Of a DNA stretch of 64,000 bases, positions 1 to 12,045 are shown piece after piece (the stretch's first letter is position 1; each line of letters starts with the position of its first letter). The notes beneath the pieces are model-generated. The model worked only from the letters and a program-made list of their open reading frames with translations, was not told the origin of the DNA and searched no databases. Position numbers and translations under genes: made by a program. The DNA is taken from assembly GCA_051294905.1 (NCBI GenBank), contig CM119371.1:15192001-15256000 (forward strand), given 5' to 3'. Origin of the DNA: Botryllus schlosseri. Lineage: Eukaryota.

Positions 1-1538
1 TGAACGGCCCCAGCATGATAACGCAGTCATCTGAAAGAAGATAGTTTTAGTCTTTAACCTGACCGCATGGATTAATGGTAGCAATTTCATATAGAATGTC
101 GACGAATACATTAGCTCTAAGCATGCTTCATTAGAATCCAAGTTCCAGTACCCAAAATAGGCAACTTGCATGACCTCAGTTTGACACAACATACCTCAGT
201 ATGAAGAAAAATTCTGCATGATACAGGACCTTGACGAGCAGTAGACCACATGTTTGAAGCAATTAAATTTCGGAATTTACACCTTTCTCATCTGCACTAA
301 CCTGAGATTGTATTCCGAGCGCCAAAATACATGACCATAGTTTCAACACAGAGGTTGTATAGAAAAATCTGGCAGTTCATAGTATCGGTTCTGGTGCCCC
401 AACATTATCGATTATTTTGGTATTTGGAATTAGTGTACTACTTCGGCACGAAAACATTATACGATTATTACCAGCTATTGAACTTTCTGAGCTGCTCATG
501 ATGTATTGCGCTATAACAGGTGAAACTTGTCTCGTGTGTGCCTCACCTGTCCTTTCGCACTTCCATAATTTAACAATAAACATGCAAATTGCAGAATATC
601 GTATGTAGTGTCAGAGTGAGGATATTTAAAATGAGTATCACTATAGAAACAAAATAGCAATATGCATTGAACGTTTCTAGAATTCTACTTATCCTGATGA
701 CAGGTGAGAAACTGTTTCATCAGGCATCCCTCACCGCGCGAACCTGAGACGCTGCCCTGCCCTGGCAGAATGAACCCAATTTAATGTGAGTAGGCAAGCA
801 AGCAACAAGAACAAAAACAAGCATGATCGAGGGGAACTCCCCAGTTTGTTCAGTGAATTTCTCTGGCCATCTAGCGACTAATTCAACTGAATTCAAGGTT
901 GGCGGATAGCTATAAATATTATGGCCCAAAAACATGCAATGACATTCTTTCAGCCTTGGAGCACATGTCTTTTTCGTTATTTTAGTAAACCTTATTTCCA
1001 TTGGGTGTCTGATCCAAGTTATTTCGACACCTTCCTATCTTTTCAATTCCACCCAATTCCACTGGTTGGAATTGAACCAAATTTGGTGAGCATCGTTTCT
1101 ATAGACAGCCTAACACTTGCATGGGGTTAACAGAAAATTTTCAAATTTTTTGTTATTTATTTTTACATAATAAATAGAATCTTTCTTCTCCTGTAGCAAA
1201 GCGGTTACTGGCTGGAATTATAGAATGTAAACATGGAATGGCAGCGACCGATTTTGCAGCTTCGTTCCGCTTCGCTGAAGCTTTACTCAGACTTATTTTA
1301 CGGCAGCTACTGTAGGATTTCTGGCAATCCAAAAGTTGTCTTCCAGAGCTCAGAATTTACTGAATCTGGTCTTCATCGAAAGCTACTGTCGCACTGATTC
1401 CAAAAATGTAAATAAAAATATGATCAGGCACTGAACCGTTTACAATGTCTTTACATCGCTGCCAAAATCCATCCGAAGAGCTTCTTGGAGGTACAGAACT
1501 TCAATATACAATTAAATAGTATATTCATATTGAAATGA

Positions 1539-1572
1539 ACCCGAATATTTTCGGCTGACACTCGTCAGGGGT
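1539..1572 (-). ncRNA. Minimal hammerhead ribozyme motif (inverted pLTR copy)
   Basis: Reverse complement of 2158-2191. Confidence 0.75.
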
Positions 1573-1720
1573 AATCGTCAGCAACTAGTAGAGAATTGGA
1601 AAGAACATTGTATATCAACAATCGTATCACAAAATATGACGTCACCAGCATGAAATTTCGAATGAGAGAGCGTTCAATGTACTATTTTTAGGTGATACAC
1701 GAACTCCTTTTGTTGACAGA

Positions 1721-2056
1721 GTTGGAAGAACGTCAAGACGTCTGCAGGACCGCATAAACCAACATGTCCCCAGATTTATCAGAACACGTGCGTCACGCGA
1801 TGTGAAAAGCTCACCCTTAACTCATCCACTCAAGATTGATGCTGATCGATCAAAAGCCATTAATTCTGCCATCGGCAAACATCTGTTGGATAATCCGATT
1901 TGTGCGAATAATTATCGAGACGACCGATTCCGAATCGTAGGCCGAGGCCGTTCACAATTCCATTTGTGTGCCTTGGAATCAACTTTTATCAAAATACACC
2001 AACCAAAACTCTGTCAACAAAAGGAGTTCGTGTATCACCTAAAAATAGTACATTGA
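1721..2056 (+). pseudogene. C-terminal part of a PLE GIY-YIG endonuclease (5'-truncated)
   Basis: Open frame VGRTSRRLQDRINQHVP...SAIGKHLLDNPICANNY...LCALESTFIKIHQPKLCQQKEF*, matching the (Y)xG-T-R-L-R-xxH, SAI-xH and LE-xx-I-xxx-P-L pattern of Penelope endonucleases. Confidence 0.85.
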
Positions 2057-2157
2057 ACGCTCTCTCATTCGAAATTTCATGCTGGTGACGTCATATTTTG
2101 TGATACGATTGTTGATATACAATGTTCTTTCCAATTCTCTACTAGTTGCTGACGATT

Positions 2158-2191
2158 ACCCCTGACGAGTGTCAGCCGAAAATATTCGGGT
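2158..2191 (+). ncRNA. Minimal type I hammerhead ribozyme motif in PLE pLTR
   Basis: accc-CTGACGA-g tgtcagc c-GAA-aatatt-C-gggt: helix I accc/gggt, intact core, palindromic helix III (aatatt). Predicted cleavage after C2187. Confidence 0.75.
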
Positions 2192-2386
2192 TCATTTCAA
2201 TATGAATATACTATTTAATTGCAAAATCCATCCGTATACCGTCAGGCGACCGGACGCCGCTAAGACCAAAAGTGCGGACTTATAGACAACCAAAGGCAGA
2301 GACATTTTCAATGACGTATCCGAGATACGCAACGCGTAATAAAGTTGACTGCTGACCACGGAAACTCCCTCACACGTAGTGCCGAC

Positions 2387-2807
2387 CAGAGATGAGCATG
2401 GATTAGGATTAGGTTTTGAAAAAACAGGATTTGTGAAATTTTGTCGGATTTGGATTGGATTTGGATTGGACATTTTTTTCAGAACGGATTAGGATTTGGA
2501 TTGGATTTATCTTTTTTCTGGGAGATTGAAATGTCGTGTGGCGAATGGCGACAAACTTTATTCAGATCAGTTATAATGTACTTATGGTTACTAGGTTATT
2601 TTGAATCAAGTGAATCGTTGGTTGTGAAAGAAAATTTTCGAATTCCTCCATTGCATAAAATAGTTTTTTTTTCTGAATTTCCAGTTGGAATCGGATTAGG
2701 ATTGGACATGGACTAGAATATGAAAAAGTTAGGGATTAGGATTTGGATTTGAAGGTTCGGATTTGGATTGGATTAGGACATAGAAATTTCAAATCCGCTC
2801 ATCTCTG
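2387..2807. mobile_element. Non-autonomous hAT element (MITE)
   Basis: TIR cagagatgagc/gctcatctctg; perfect 8-bp TSD gtgccgac (2379-2386, 2808-2815); subterminal ggatt(t/a) repeats. Confidence 0.9.
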
Positions 2808-3049
2808 GTGCCGACGTACTGCAGTAGTGCCGTTCATACTTTCTTTTCACGCACCAGTGAAATTGTGGTAATGGCAAAGGAACGTACTTCTAAAGCTATA
2901 CAAAGAGTCCAAAATCGGTATGTGAAAATGTACTGTGTTAGCTAGTATTGTAAGAGTGTAACTAACCGTTTATAGTAGTATTGACTGTGGTACGGTAGTC
3001 ATCAAAGTATAGTTATTGTTTACACTCATGTGCATGTGCATTGTGCAAT

Positions 3050-3330
3050 CATCATCATCATCATTGGTTTATTAGCAATTTTATCAGTTCAATTCACCAC
3101 AAAAAATGCGATACAATGAAAAGACAGCAAGATGTCGAAGCGACAAGGAGTAGTCTATGGAATCTGACACCCACCTTGGCCTAGGCGATGTAAAGAGGAG
3201 GCATGCACAGTTGCACACTGAATGAAAGTAAAGAAAATAGTATAGAAAAAGAAAGCGACAAGAACTAGGGCGGCATGTCATGGGAAGCGAGATCGATAGG
3301 TCAGTCGTCGTCCGGTAATCTTGAGGATGG
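3050..3330 (-). mobile_element. 3' end of a CR1/L2-like LINE
   Basis: Minus strand ends in aataaa followed by an (atg)n tail. Homologous to 36281-36540 and 62004-62075. Confidence 0.65.
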
Positions 3331-5147
3331 ACTGTATATATAATATATAGGCAAATACCTGAAATAAGTATGCCTTGAAAAACTTTTGAGTAGAAGTGTA
3401 CGTAGTCTGAAATAAAGCCACTTGAAAATCAATCAAGAAAAAAGATGTATAAAGGCATTAGTTAATAGGAGTCTGTAACCTGCTGACTTCATGATCTATA
3501 ATGGTTATGTCGCAGACCTCATTTTAATGGAAGAGTTGCTATTACTTTTGCAAATAAACTTCTGTTTGTGTACATGTGTAGTCATATAATCATATTAGTT
3601 ACTTAAGTCACTGAATGAGGACTGTCAGATATCTGTGACTAAACCTTTCAAGATATTGACAGCTCAGTAGAAGATGAAAACGTATCACTATCACCATAAC
3701 AGTCTAAAAGTTAGATAGGATGCAGTATGCAATCCTTCATTTTTATGATACTTCTGAACAGGATTTGGTATACTGCCTATGATTCGACTTTGGTATAAAA
3801 CTCTGCAATGTTTTTGCACCTGCTCTAGATTCCTGCAATGAAGAAGTTGACGCATGCATTCAAGCAAGACCAGATATGGCGGAGTCGACAAAGTCTATTG
3901 CGATGGCTTCCTCATTCAACTAGCGGCATCGTGAAAATTAATTGAAGCCATTGCTAGACAAATGAAGCTATTGTTGGACACAAAACTCTATATTTCTCTC
4001 CCTGACACAGTAGTACTGTTGATGGATTGGTTATGATGCATTTATTATTTTCAATACAATTATTCCTTCGCGAAGCATTGCAAAATTGAAATCCTTTGAA
4101 AATACTAGATGTGAATTTTGATCGGATGCACAGACAGGATTTCTCGTTGGTTTGTGTTGCAGAATCCCAATGGCCAGCAAACAAAATTTCCGTACACAGT
4201 TTTTCCCAGCTTCCTGAAAAGCATAATTGTTGTGTTACTGACAGGTAATTACTTGGCACCCAACTCAACGTTTCATGTGAATGAGACTCATTCGCTCATG
4301 CATCGAACTAGATGGTATAATTATATGACAATATTCCTGTTGATATCTATGGTGAGACATCTACAATACTGATTGAAATCCTGGTAATGCTGTGATGCAC
4401 TAATAATTCGTTAGTTGCTCTCCCGCTAATAGTTTGCATAAGTTGGCAATATCCTCTATCCTGTAATTGATAATACCAAGATTAATAACTGAAACGAGGT
4501 ACTCCACCAAATTACACTTACCGGTGTATTTCATTTGGTATGGACAAGCGGCTTAAGCTGAACAAGCTAGGCTGATCATACTATATATTACTAACCTCCT
4601 TGGGTTATTCATCAATAATCATACTTAAACAACCCCTCGTTTTCGGAGCAGCAAGGAGTTCCACTGATACGGGATTGAGCTCATCAACACTTGATACGTG
4701 TTCACTGTTCAGTTTAAACATTACTTTCGTAAGCAAGGGTAAAAAGCATACTTACATTCGTCATCTGAGTACTCGGACTCACTTGGTGAATCCATTACAA
4801 GCGAAACCTCCGCGATAACTAACTAATGTAATCGCCCTGCTACTGCAAAAGCACCAGCCCTATAGCATACATCCGCAGCGGCCAGAAGAGATGTCAACTA
4901 CATGACGTCACAATGAACATTTCGCTTTTTCTGTAAACATACCAATATTGGGACTTTCAGTCCAAATTGCGGCAATTTCCTATTAGTTTGAAATACGGAA
5001 AGTCGGCAATTTCGGTATGAAAAAAAATTCTGAACATGATTAGGCGAAGTTGTCTATAAGATGCAGTTGACCTTTAAGTAGCCAGTACGATTTGAGAGAA
5101 CAAGTCATTTTTGAAGAGCCCTTGTGAATACCTCTTATTTTCACGCT

Positions 5148-5276
5148 GTTGGCCAAGGCGGTGTATGATTACAAGACTAGGCTCCAAGTCGTTTCGGCAC
5201 CCTCCTGTATGTTTTCATTATATGACATTCTTGTGGTGTCTTGATTTGTTAAAAATTTTAATAAAATGATGATGAC
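5148..5276 (+). mobile_element. LINE-like 3' tail (second family)
   Basis: Ends aataaaatgatgatga; similar copy at about 16887-17002. Confidence 0.45.
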
Positions 5277-5306
5277 CCTTGTAATGCGGTCGGAATGCCG
5301 AATTCC

Positions 5307-5884
5307 CAGGGTTAGAACTAAGCTCACAAGGATCCGAGTCACAAACCAGTCTCATATTAATAGTTTTGAGTCGAGTCAGGTCATTTTCAATTCAACTCCG
5401 AGTCCAAGTCAGTCAGCGAGTTGACGGTCGAGTGCGAGTCATGGTACATACATGACCTCAGATACCGATAGTGTCGCTACTTTACTATTCTTGGGCGTCC
5501 AAGACCAAGTCGAGTCAATACACAGAGTCGAGTCATTTCCGTCCGAGTCCAAGCCATTGTGTGGATTGCTCAGTTTCCAGTTAAAGTCTTGTTGAGTCCA
5601 CTTTTTATACCTCTGTCTGGTGATATCGAATGGATCCCATTTATAATATACTAATTTACCTTACATTCAGCTGTTTCTGTTCGCATTTTCAAATACCAGT
5701 ACCAAGTCCCAAGAGTGTAGTTACTTTACTACTCTTCACATTACAATGAAATGTCGGCCTTGCTTTCTGAGTCTTATTGAGTCATATGAATTGGTTCGAG
5801 TAATGCGCATTTCCTAATTTTGAGAAAATTAGTCGAGTCATTAGGAAATCGTGACTCGAGTCGAGTCATTACAATACAACCCTG
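5307..5884. mobile_element. hAT-type MITE (cagggttgtaa family)
   Basis: Termini cagggttagaac...tacaaccctg with gagtcgagtc subterminal repeats; same family as 8285-8714 and 17916-19905. No clear TSD. Confidence 0.75.
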
Positions 5885-6476
5885 ATTTTTAGTTTGTCAA
5901 GTATAAGTATTACATTAGAGAGAGAGGCTGAGGAATTTCACAAAAATTCAGTACGGACTATTGCATGGTGTGGCTAATATCTTTTTACAAAAGTATCAAT
6001 GAATATAAATTAGGTAGCAGGTTACCTGGTTCCGTTCACACCACATTGTCGGCAATATATGACTTGCTCCATCACAATAAACATATCTTATATTACAGTA
6101 TACTAATCGAGCAAAGTGTTTACACTGTATCTGACGAAAGTTCTCCATATTATTCTCTGTCTAAACTACTGTTCTTATAATACGGGCAGTCGGGCACGGG
6201 CATCATGACATTTTTGGACTATTTTATTCGATAAATCATGTCGGGCACATCTGCTGCAATGTCTCATCAATAAATCAAAAATTTTTTACTTAAATTCTGA
6301 GCTGTCACTAAATAGATATAATCCTGATCGAATGACCCACAATCGCATTTCGAATCAAATCTTAAATCACTTAGGAAGCTTCAGCAAAACTGAAACTCAT
6401 TCCAAGCACATGGAGGCAAGTTCAAACATTATTCACAGAGGTTTTTGGTGCATACTGTAACATCTCATATCCTCCT

Positions 6477-8097
6477 TCATCCATTTTCCTTCACCATTGC
6501 AGATCCACAAATTCCGAAATATTCATCTGTCACATCCGTCTCGCTCCATTTTTTGTTCAATAAATCGTACTTCTCAATGTCCCCAGTCTCGCCAAGCTCA
6601 TTCACTACAAAAATCCAATTGCCTATGCGATAAGCAATATTGTCGCAAAAACAGAAATTCTTAGACGGCAATGAAGTCCATTGAGCTGAAGTAACATTAT
6701 AGCATTCTACGTTATCAATGGAATCGTCTTCACTCCACCCACCTATCACAAAAATCCTGTGATAAACTGCAACAGCTCCACTACCAGACACAGGATATCG
6801 TACTGGCTCGAGGTCAACCCACTCTGATGCGGATGGAGTGAATCTGCAGAACGAAGAAACAACAACACCATCCCGCAAGCCACCGATACAATAGATAGAA
6901 TCATCCAATGACACAAGACTTGTATGTGCAATTACTGATGGTTTGCTTTCCAGTTGAAACCATTTATTTTCAGACGAGTCGAATGTTTCCACATCAGCGG
7001 TTTCTGTGTATTCACTTCCTCCAATAACGAATATTGATCCTGTTGAACAAACTGTGCGTGGAGACGAACCGTGGTCACAAATCATATCATTCATCTTTTC
7101 CCATCTTGCATTTTTGTCTCGAATATTGAGCCGATGAACAGATTTAGCTTCACAAAAGACATAAATATATGACTTATGGGAAATCGCTGTGAAAAATTCC
7201 GGGAAATCACACACCGCATCATGGAACTTTTCTATTTTCTCTGTTCTCGGATTAAAGGATGGGAGGCATTGTGCACGATCATCAAAAAGAATTAACAATT
7301 TATCAGCATCATAACCTTCTTTCACATTGACGGAAGCCTTCAGAATATGTCCAGTGAATAACTTGTACAACTCTAAGTCGTTGCTTATACGGGGAATGAG
7401 TTTCTAAAATATGTTGCAAATACACAGGGGAGATTTGATGAAACTTGATTACTTCGAGAAATTCGTGCAATAATCCGCTTTTACTTTGACATTTGTCGAC
7501 CCACTTGAGCGATAACGCAAGTTTTTCTTCTTCGCATAATTTCAGTTCTCTCGATTTCAAAAGATTGAGAAGATCATCTTTCTCAATGCTTTCAAACCCA
7601 GGTTGGTTTGAGATATCCAAGATATTGTCGAGCAAAAATATTCTGCATCTCGAAGAAACATCAACCAGTCCATAAATATCACCCACATTTCTGGTAGAGA
7701 AATAATTTTCAATAGTAAGTGAATCCGCCAAAATATCGGACACGGCTTGCTTTACATCTTCCAACTGCATCATGATTGCGACGTGAAGAAGTTCAACGAT
7801 ACTTCCATCAGGAATCTCAAATTCACCGGAATATATGAAATCGATGCAATTTTTTACACACTCTGAATCAACGTCTTTGAAAACTACCCTTCCTTCGCGA
7901 CTCTCTTTTGTGTCGTTCTTCAGCATAGCTCTAAAATAAGCGGAGCCAGCTGACAATACATTTTTGTGTGTACAATAGACATCATCTCCAGCTTGAATTA
8001 TGAAATCACAATGGTCGCTATCTTGCTTCATTCGGTGCAATTCAGACATCATACAAACTGCGTGCTTTTCCACATCAGGACATACAACTCGTACCAT
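6477..8097 (-). pseudogene. Intronless Kelch-like (BTB-BACK-Kelch) gene with one frameshift near 7385-7395
   Basis: ORF 7309-8097 has a BTB motif (DFIIQAG..HKNVLSAGSAYFRAM..IDFIYSG) and a BACK domain. ORF 6477-7370 has kelch repeats (IFVIGG, IYCIGG, VECYN..W). The frames join at HSP/ISNDLELYKL. Confidence 0.85.
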
Positions 8098-8284
8098 GAT
8101 AACTAATCACCCGTCAAGGATGCAATAATAGAGACTAGTCCTGTTTTGAAAGTAAACATGATTATATATAAACAGGTATTGAATTAGGGAGTGTTGATTG
8201 TCAAAATGAATAACATTAATAGATTAACCTGCATTGGAAAACTGCAGGGGGTGCTCATCAACGATGGTATTACTATATTAATGG

Positions 8285-8714
8285 CAGGGTTGTAACCAAT
8301 TCACTTTTATAGTTTTTATTAGATTCAAGTCGAGTCATTTTCAATTCACCATCGAGTCCGGGCCCAAGTCATTGTGTTCACTGCTCAGTTTCGAATTAAA
8401 GTCTTGTTTAAATCACTTTTTACAACTCTGCTTGGTGCTATCAAATGCTTCTCATTGAGAATATACCGATTTTCAACATTTTCAACAGTTTCTGGTCGCA
8501 GTTTCCATTACCCGTACTAATAGACGAAATAGCAATGATGCGGAAATGTCATTATTGGCCGACCGAGTCTCAAGTCATATGACTTCATTCGAGTCATGCG
8601 CAATGACTCGAGTACAGGTATTGTCAATGCACAGATTGGCCAAGTCGAGTCATTTTCAGTATTTCGACAAAATGACTCGAGTCAAGTCATGACAAGACAG
8701 TCATTACAACCCTG
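8285..8714. mobile_element. hAT-type MITE (cagggttgtaa family)
   Basis: TIR cagggttgtaa/ttacaaccctg; TSD attaatgg/attaatag (7 of 8 match). Confidence 0.85.
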
Positions 8715-10830
8715 ATTAATAGAGTAGATGGCTAAATGATTTAACAATGAACATGAATAATAATTTTCACATGTCAGCCTACACCAAATCGGACTGCGTT
8801 CATATCTAATAATAGACTGATTAAACAGCATTTAAATAAATATTCAAGCCAAGTGGTTTAGCACTGTTTCAATGTAATGCTAAGTAAAAATAACAGTGGT
8901 CTAATTTCGAACAATAATATATACTAGTGGTTCTACAAAGTCGACCAAGAATGCAATTACGACTGATTTGGACAATTGAATTTGTTTTGAAAGAAATTTG
9001 ACTTTGCTAGAATCTACTATACTTCCAAATATTGCTGACAGCGATAAATTTTTTCAAAGTTTGTTTAAAAAGTTGTGTACCGTAGCTTTCTCATATATTA
9101 CGGGTCCTAAATGAGTTGCAGGCTAACTTCCAAACAGTTCAGTATAGAACACATAAAACATTCTGAAATAGGATGAATCAAAAGTAGACCGTGAGCTCCA
9201 TATCACATTAGAGAAGGTTCTAAATTCACAGAGTCCAACCTTAACAGGTTGAATATATACAATACATGCTTCATTCTCGCATGCAGATATTCCTGTTCCT
9301 AGCTCGCTAATACTGCCTAGAACCTGGGAAGGTGATTCAGCGCTTTCTCGTCTGTTCCAGCACAATTTTTGGCTTTTTACTTTCTCACTATAAAAAGTGA
9401 CTATGGAACGGAAACTCCCGTTTTCCCATTGCTAGGTCACGCCTGACTGAATCTAGCGGATTTGGACAACCGAACAATCGTAACGAATGTAGGAGATGTG
9501 ATGTTCTCCAGTTTCGAGACAATTTCGGTTAGATGAGAGCGGTAGCCGCGGCATTTAGGCCCAGAAAGCCAACTGCAACACATCGAGTCGTTGTTTATTC
9601 ATGCCTTGTCAGTGGTTTTGCAACCAATACTTATGGACAGAGGACAGTATTCATCGGAAATCTGGAGTTTCTAAACGATGAAGAGAGGCAGTTTGTGTTA
9701 TTGTGTGATAAAATCTGGCCGCAATGTGCAATCTATTTGCAATTGGCAATTTACATGTACCATTTACTGGATTTTTTCGCAGGAACAGCGATATATAGTA
9801 TCATTCGTTTAGCCTGTAAAGTCTTACTTGTTATGGAAATCACTGTGTGGCCGCAAGAACTGCAGTACGAAGTATTGTACCGGTACTCCATATCACCATC
9901 ACAAGACCCGTCGTCGCTCGCTCCCAAAGAAAAGAATGTTGGTCACCATGTATGCCACATTTCGGTCTTCTGGAAGGTTCAAAATGACTGGTTTAAACGA
10001 TTCGCAAGCAATATTCACCTGGGATTGATGTTATATCACGACGGCAACTCTGATCTCACACACCTAAATGCAGAGGAAAAACCAATATCCTAATCAGGCC
10101 TGTGAAGAGTGGCAGCTGACTAGTGATATCAGACTTTAAATTCGCCCACCTTACGCTAATGCTGTTATATTACTTGATTTGATCATTCAATTTTCAAATC
10201 ACATCGTCTTGACTTTGCTCTTCTAAGTAACATTATTATCATTTTGTATTTCAAAGATTAAGTTTTGCAAACATGGCTCCATCAAATTGTTGTGTTCCTG
10301 AGTGCAACTTTCGAAAGCCATCTAAAAATCGAATTGGTCTTTTTACTGTGCTTCGCCCTGAATTTGCAGCCAGTGAGGAAGAAAAACACCACAGAGAAAT
10401 GCTGCACAAGTTTGTGTACTCAGTTAGGGGTGAGACAAAGAAAATCATTGCAGACAAGCTTTGTAGAGAAATGTGAGTCTGATAGAATGGTTACCAGAAG
10501 GGGTTATTGTTCAGTAGTTGTTTTCCTTCATGTAGGATGGCAATCTGCGAGCAACATTTCAGTCAAAGTGACATTATAATCAAAAAGTCCAGGAAAATGC
10601 TTAGGATCGGAGCGCTGCCAACTGAAAATCTTCCGAAAAATTTGACTAGTGTGTTCAGGAGTCCACATCGCAACCCCCCTAGCAAGAGGAAACAATTACC
10701 TCCAAAACAGGTTTACAGAACCTTTGAAAAACTTCACAAGGCAGCAATGAAGATACAAGTAGAGTCAGGTGGTGTCCCTAGGATATACATATAATGTGCA
10801 AGTGAATGGCTAACATTTGATCATTTAGAA

Positions 10831-12045
10831 CAGTGGTTCCCAACCTGAGGTACGCGTACCACCAGTGGTACGCGAAGGTCTTCTAGGTGGTACGCGAGTA
10901 GATTCTGTTGTTTTATTCGGCCGAAGGGCGTTATTAGTTCAGGTGGGGTTAATTTTGTATTTTTTGAAGCTTTTTGACTAGTGACTAGAACAGTTCCACG
11001 CATCCCATCAACCCTAGATGATAATGTCAAGTTTAATATAATTTGTTATTACTAGGGCGATTTTTTCAAAAATATATCAAAATTTTGTTAAAATTTAAGC
11101 GTTAGGTCAAGAAATTGTCAATTTGACCCTCTATTTCGTTTGTATCGTAGATTTTGCACTGTCGGTGAACTTATTATTTGATATTTTACAGCTTGTAGCC
11201 TACTTTATAGGCCTACCGTTGTGAAGGGCCCATTGTCTGCTCATCGTGAATCATAAACGGTCAAACGAAACAAATAGGTTGACAATTGACATGATGTTGT
11301 GGTCAACGAACCGCTATCTGAAGTAGGACTGCTTGGGCATTGCATGGTACTTATATCAAGAAGCGCATGATGAAAAATTTTGAAGTATACAATATTGTCA
11401 GAATGACCCAGCACGGTGTGTCTACACTCTACAGCAGTGTACGCACAACTTCAGTGTTGTCAGCCAACAAATGCTGCTGTTGAACGTTCTTTCTCCATTC
11501 TTGGCAAGCTACTAGTAAGGACAGACATTTTCTACCCGGGAATGCAGTAAATTATCTTTCGTTGTACTACAACAAATTTTAATTAACTCTACCATAATAC
11601 GTGGTGTACCTACTGGAATTCTTCATACGGCCAGATATAGTAGTTTTATCATATAAAAATTTTCAGTTATAAAGTAAAAAACGCTTTTTCAGGCCAAACT
11701 ACTTTGTAAGGACAAACAAACCCAACCAGAAATGAATATAATTTCTACAATTTTATCATCAGGTGCGAAAACACTTAATTTGAGGTCAAAATTTGATCAA
11801 AATTAAGCTTTTTTAAGGTAAAAAATGTCAAAAATTTGATTTTTAAGGTCAAAATCTTCCGTTTTTAAGGTCAAAAAAATCGCCATAGTTATTACACCCC
11901 ACCTAGGTCGAATACGTGATTATGACGTCATAAATGGTGGAAACATTTTGACCGCCAACTTCGTTCGTAACTTATGTAGGTGGTACGCGAGCACTGCATA
12001 AAACCTCGAAGTGGTACGTGGGTGGAAAAAGGTTGGGAACCACTG
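10831..12045. mobile_element. Non-autonomous hAT (Charlie-like) element
   Basis: TIR cagtggttcccaacct/aggttgggaaccactg; perfect TSD atttagaa (10823-10830, 12046-12053). Confidence 0.92.
10941..11904 (+). mobile_element. Nested DNA-transposon derivative inside the Charlie-like element
   Basis: Imperfect TIR aggtggggttaat/attacaccccacct; transposase C-terminal remnant AAVERSFSILGKLL near 11475-11515. TSD not resolved. Confidence 0.5.

Larger units (their letters stand above)
1476..2221 (+). mobile_element. Penelope-like retroelement (PLE) 3' fragment with an inverted upstream pseudo-LTR
   Basis: About 215-bp inverted arms (1509-1723 vs 2007-2221) that look identical by eye. The left arm has an extra ~33-nt tail (1476-1508). 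Flanking direct repeat caaaatccatccg at 1463-1475 and 2222-2234. Encloses a GIY-YIG C-terminus and carries hammerhead motifs. Confidence 0.88.

Noticed and set aside
693..724. cctgatga...gaaa...tcatcagg as another hammerhead
   Set aside because: CTGATGA is itself paired in a simple hairpin and no helix I partner is present.
1..4795. Possible minus-strand multi-exon gene (MDSPSESEYSDDE first exon at 4756-4795, other exon-like pieces down to base 1)
   Set aside because: Splice-like sites exist, but joined frames hit stops and I could not identify a product. It may be a decayed gene.
9533..10093. 186-aa ORF upstream of the THAP gene
   Set aside because: No recognisable domain or splice context; cannot be supported as a gene.
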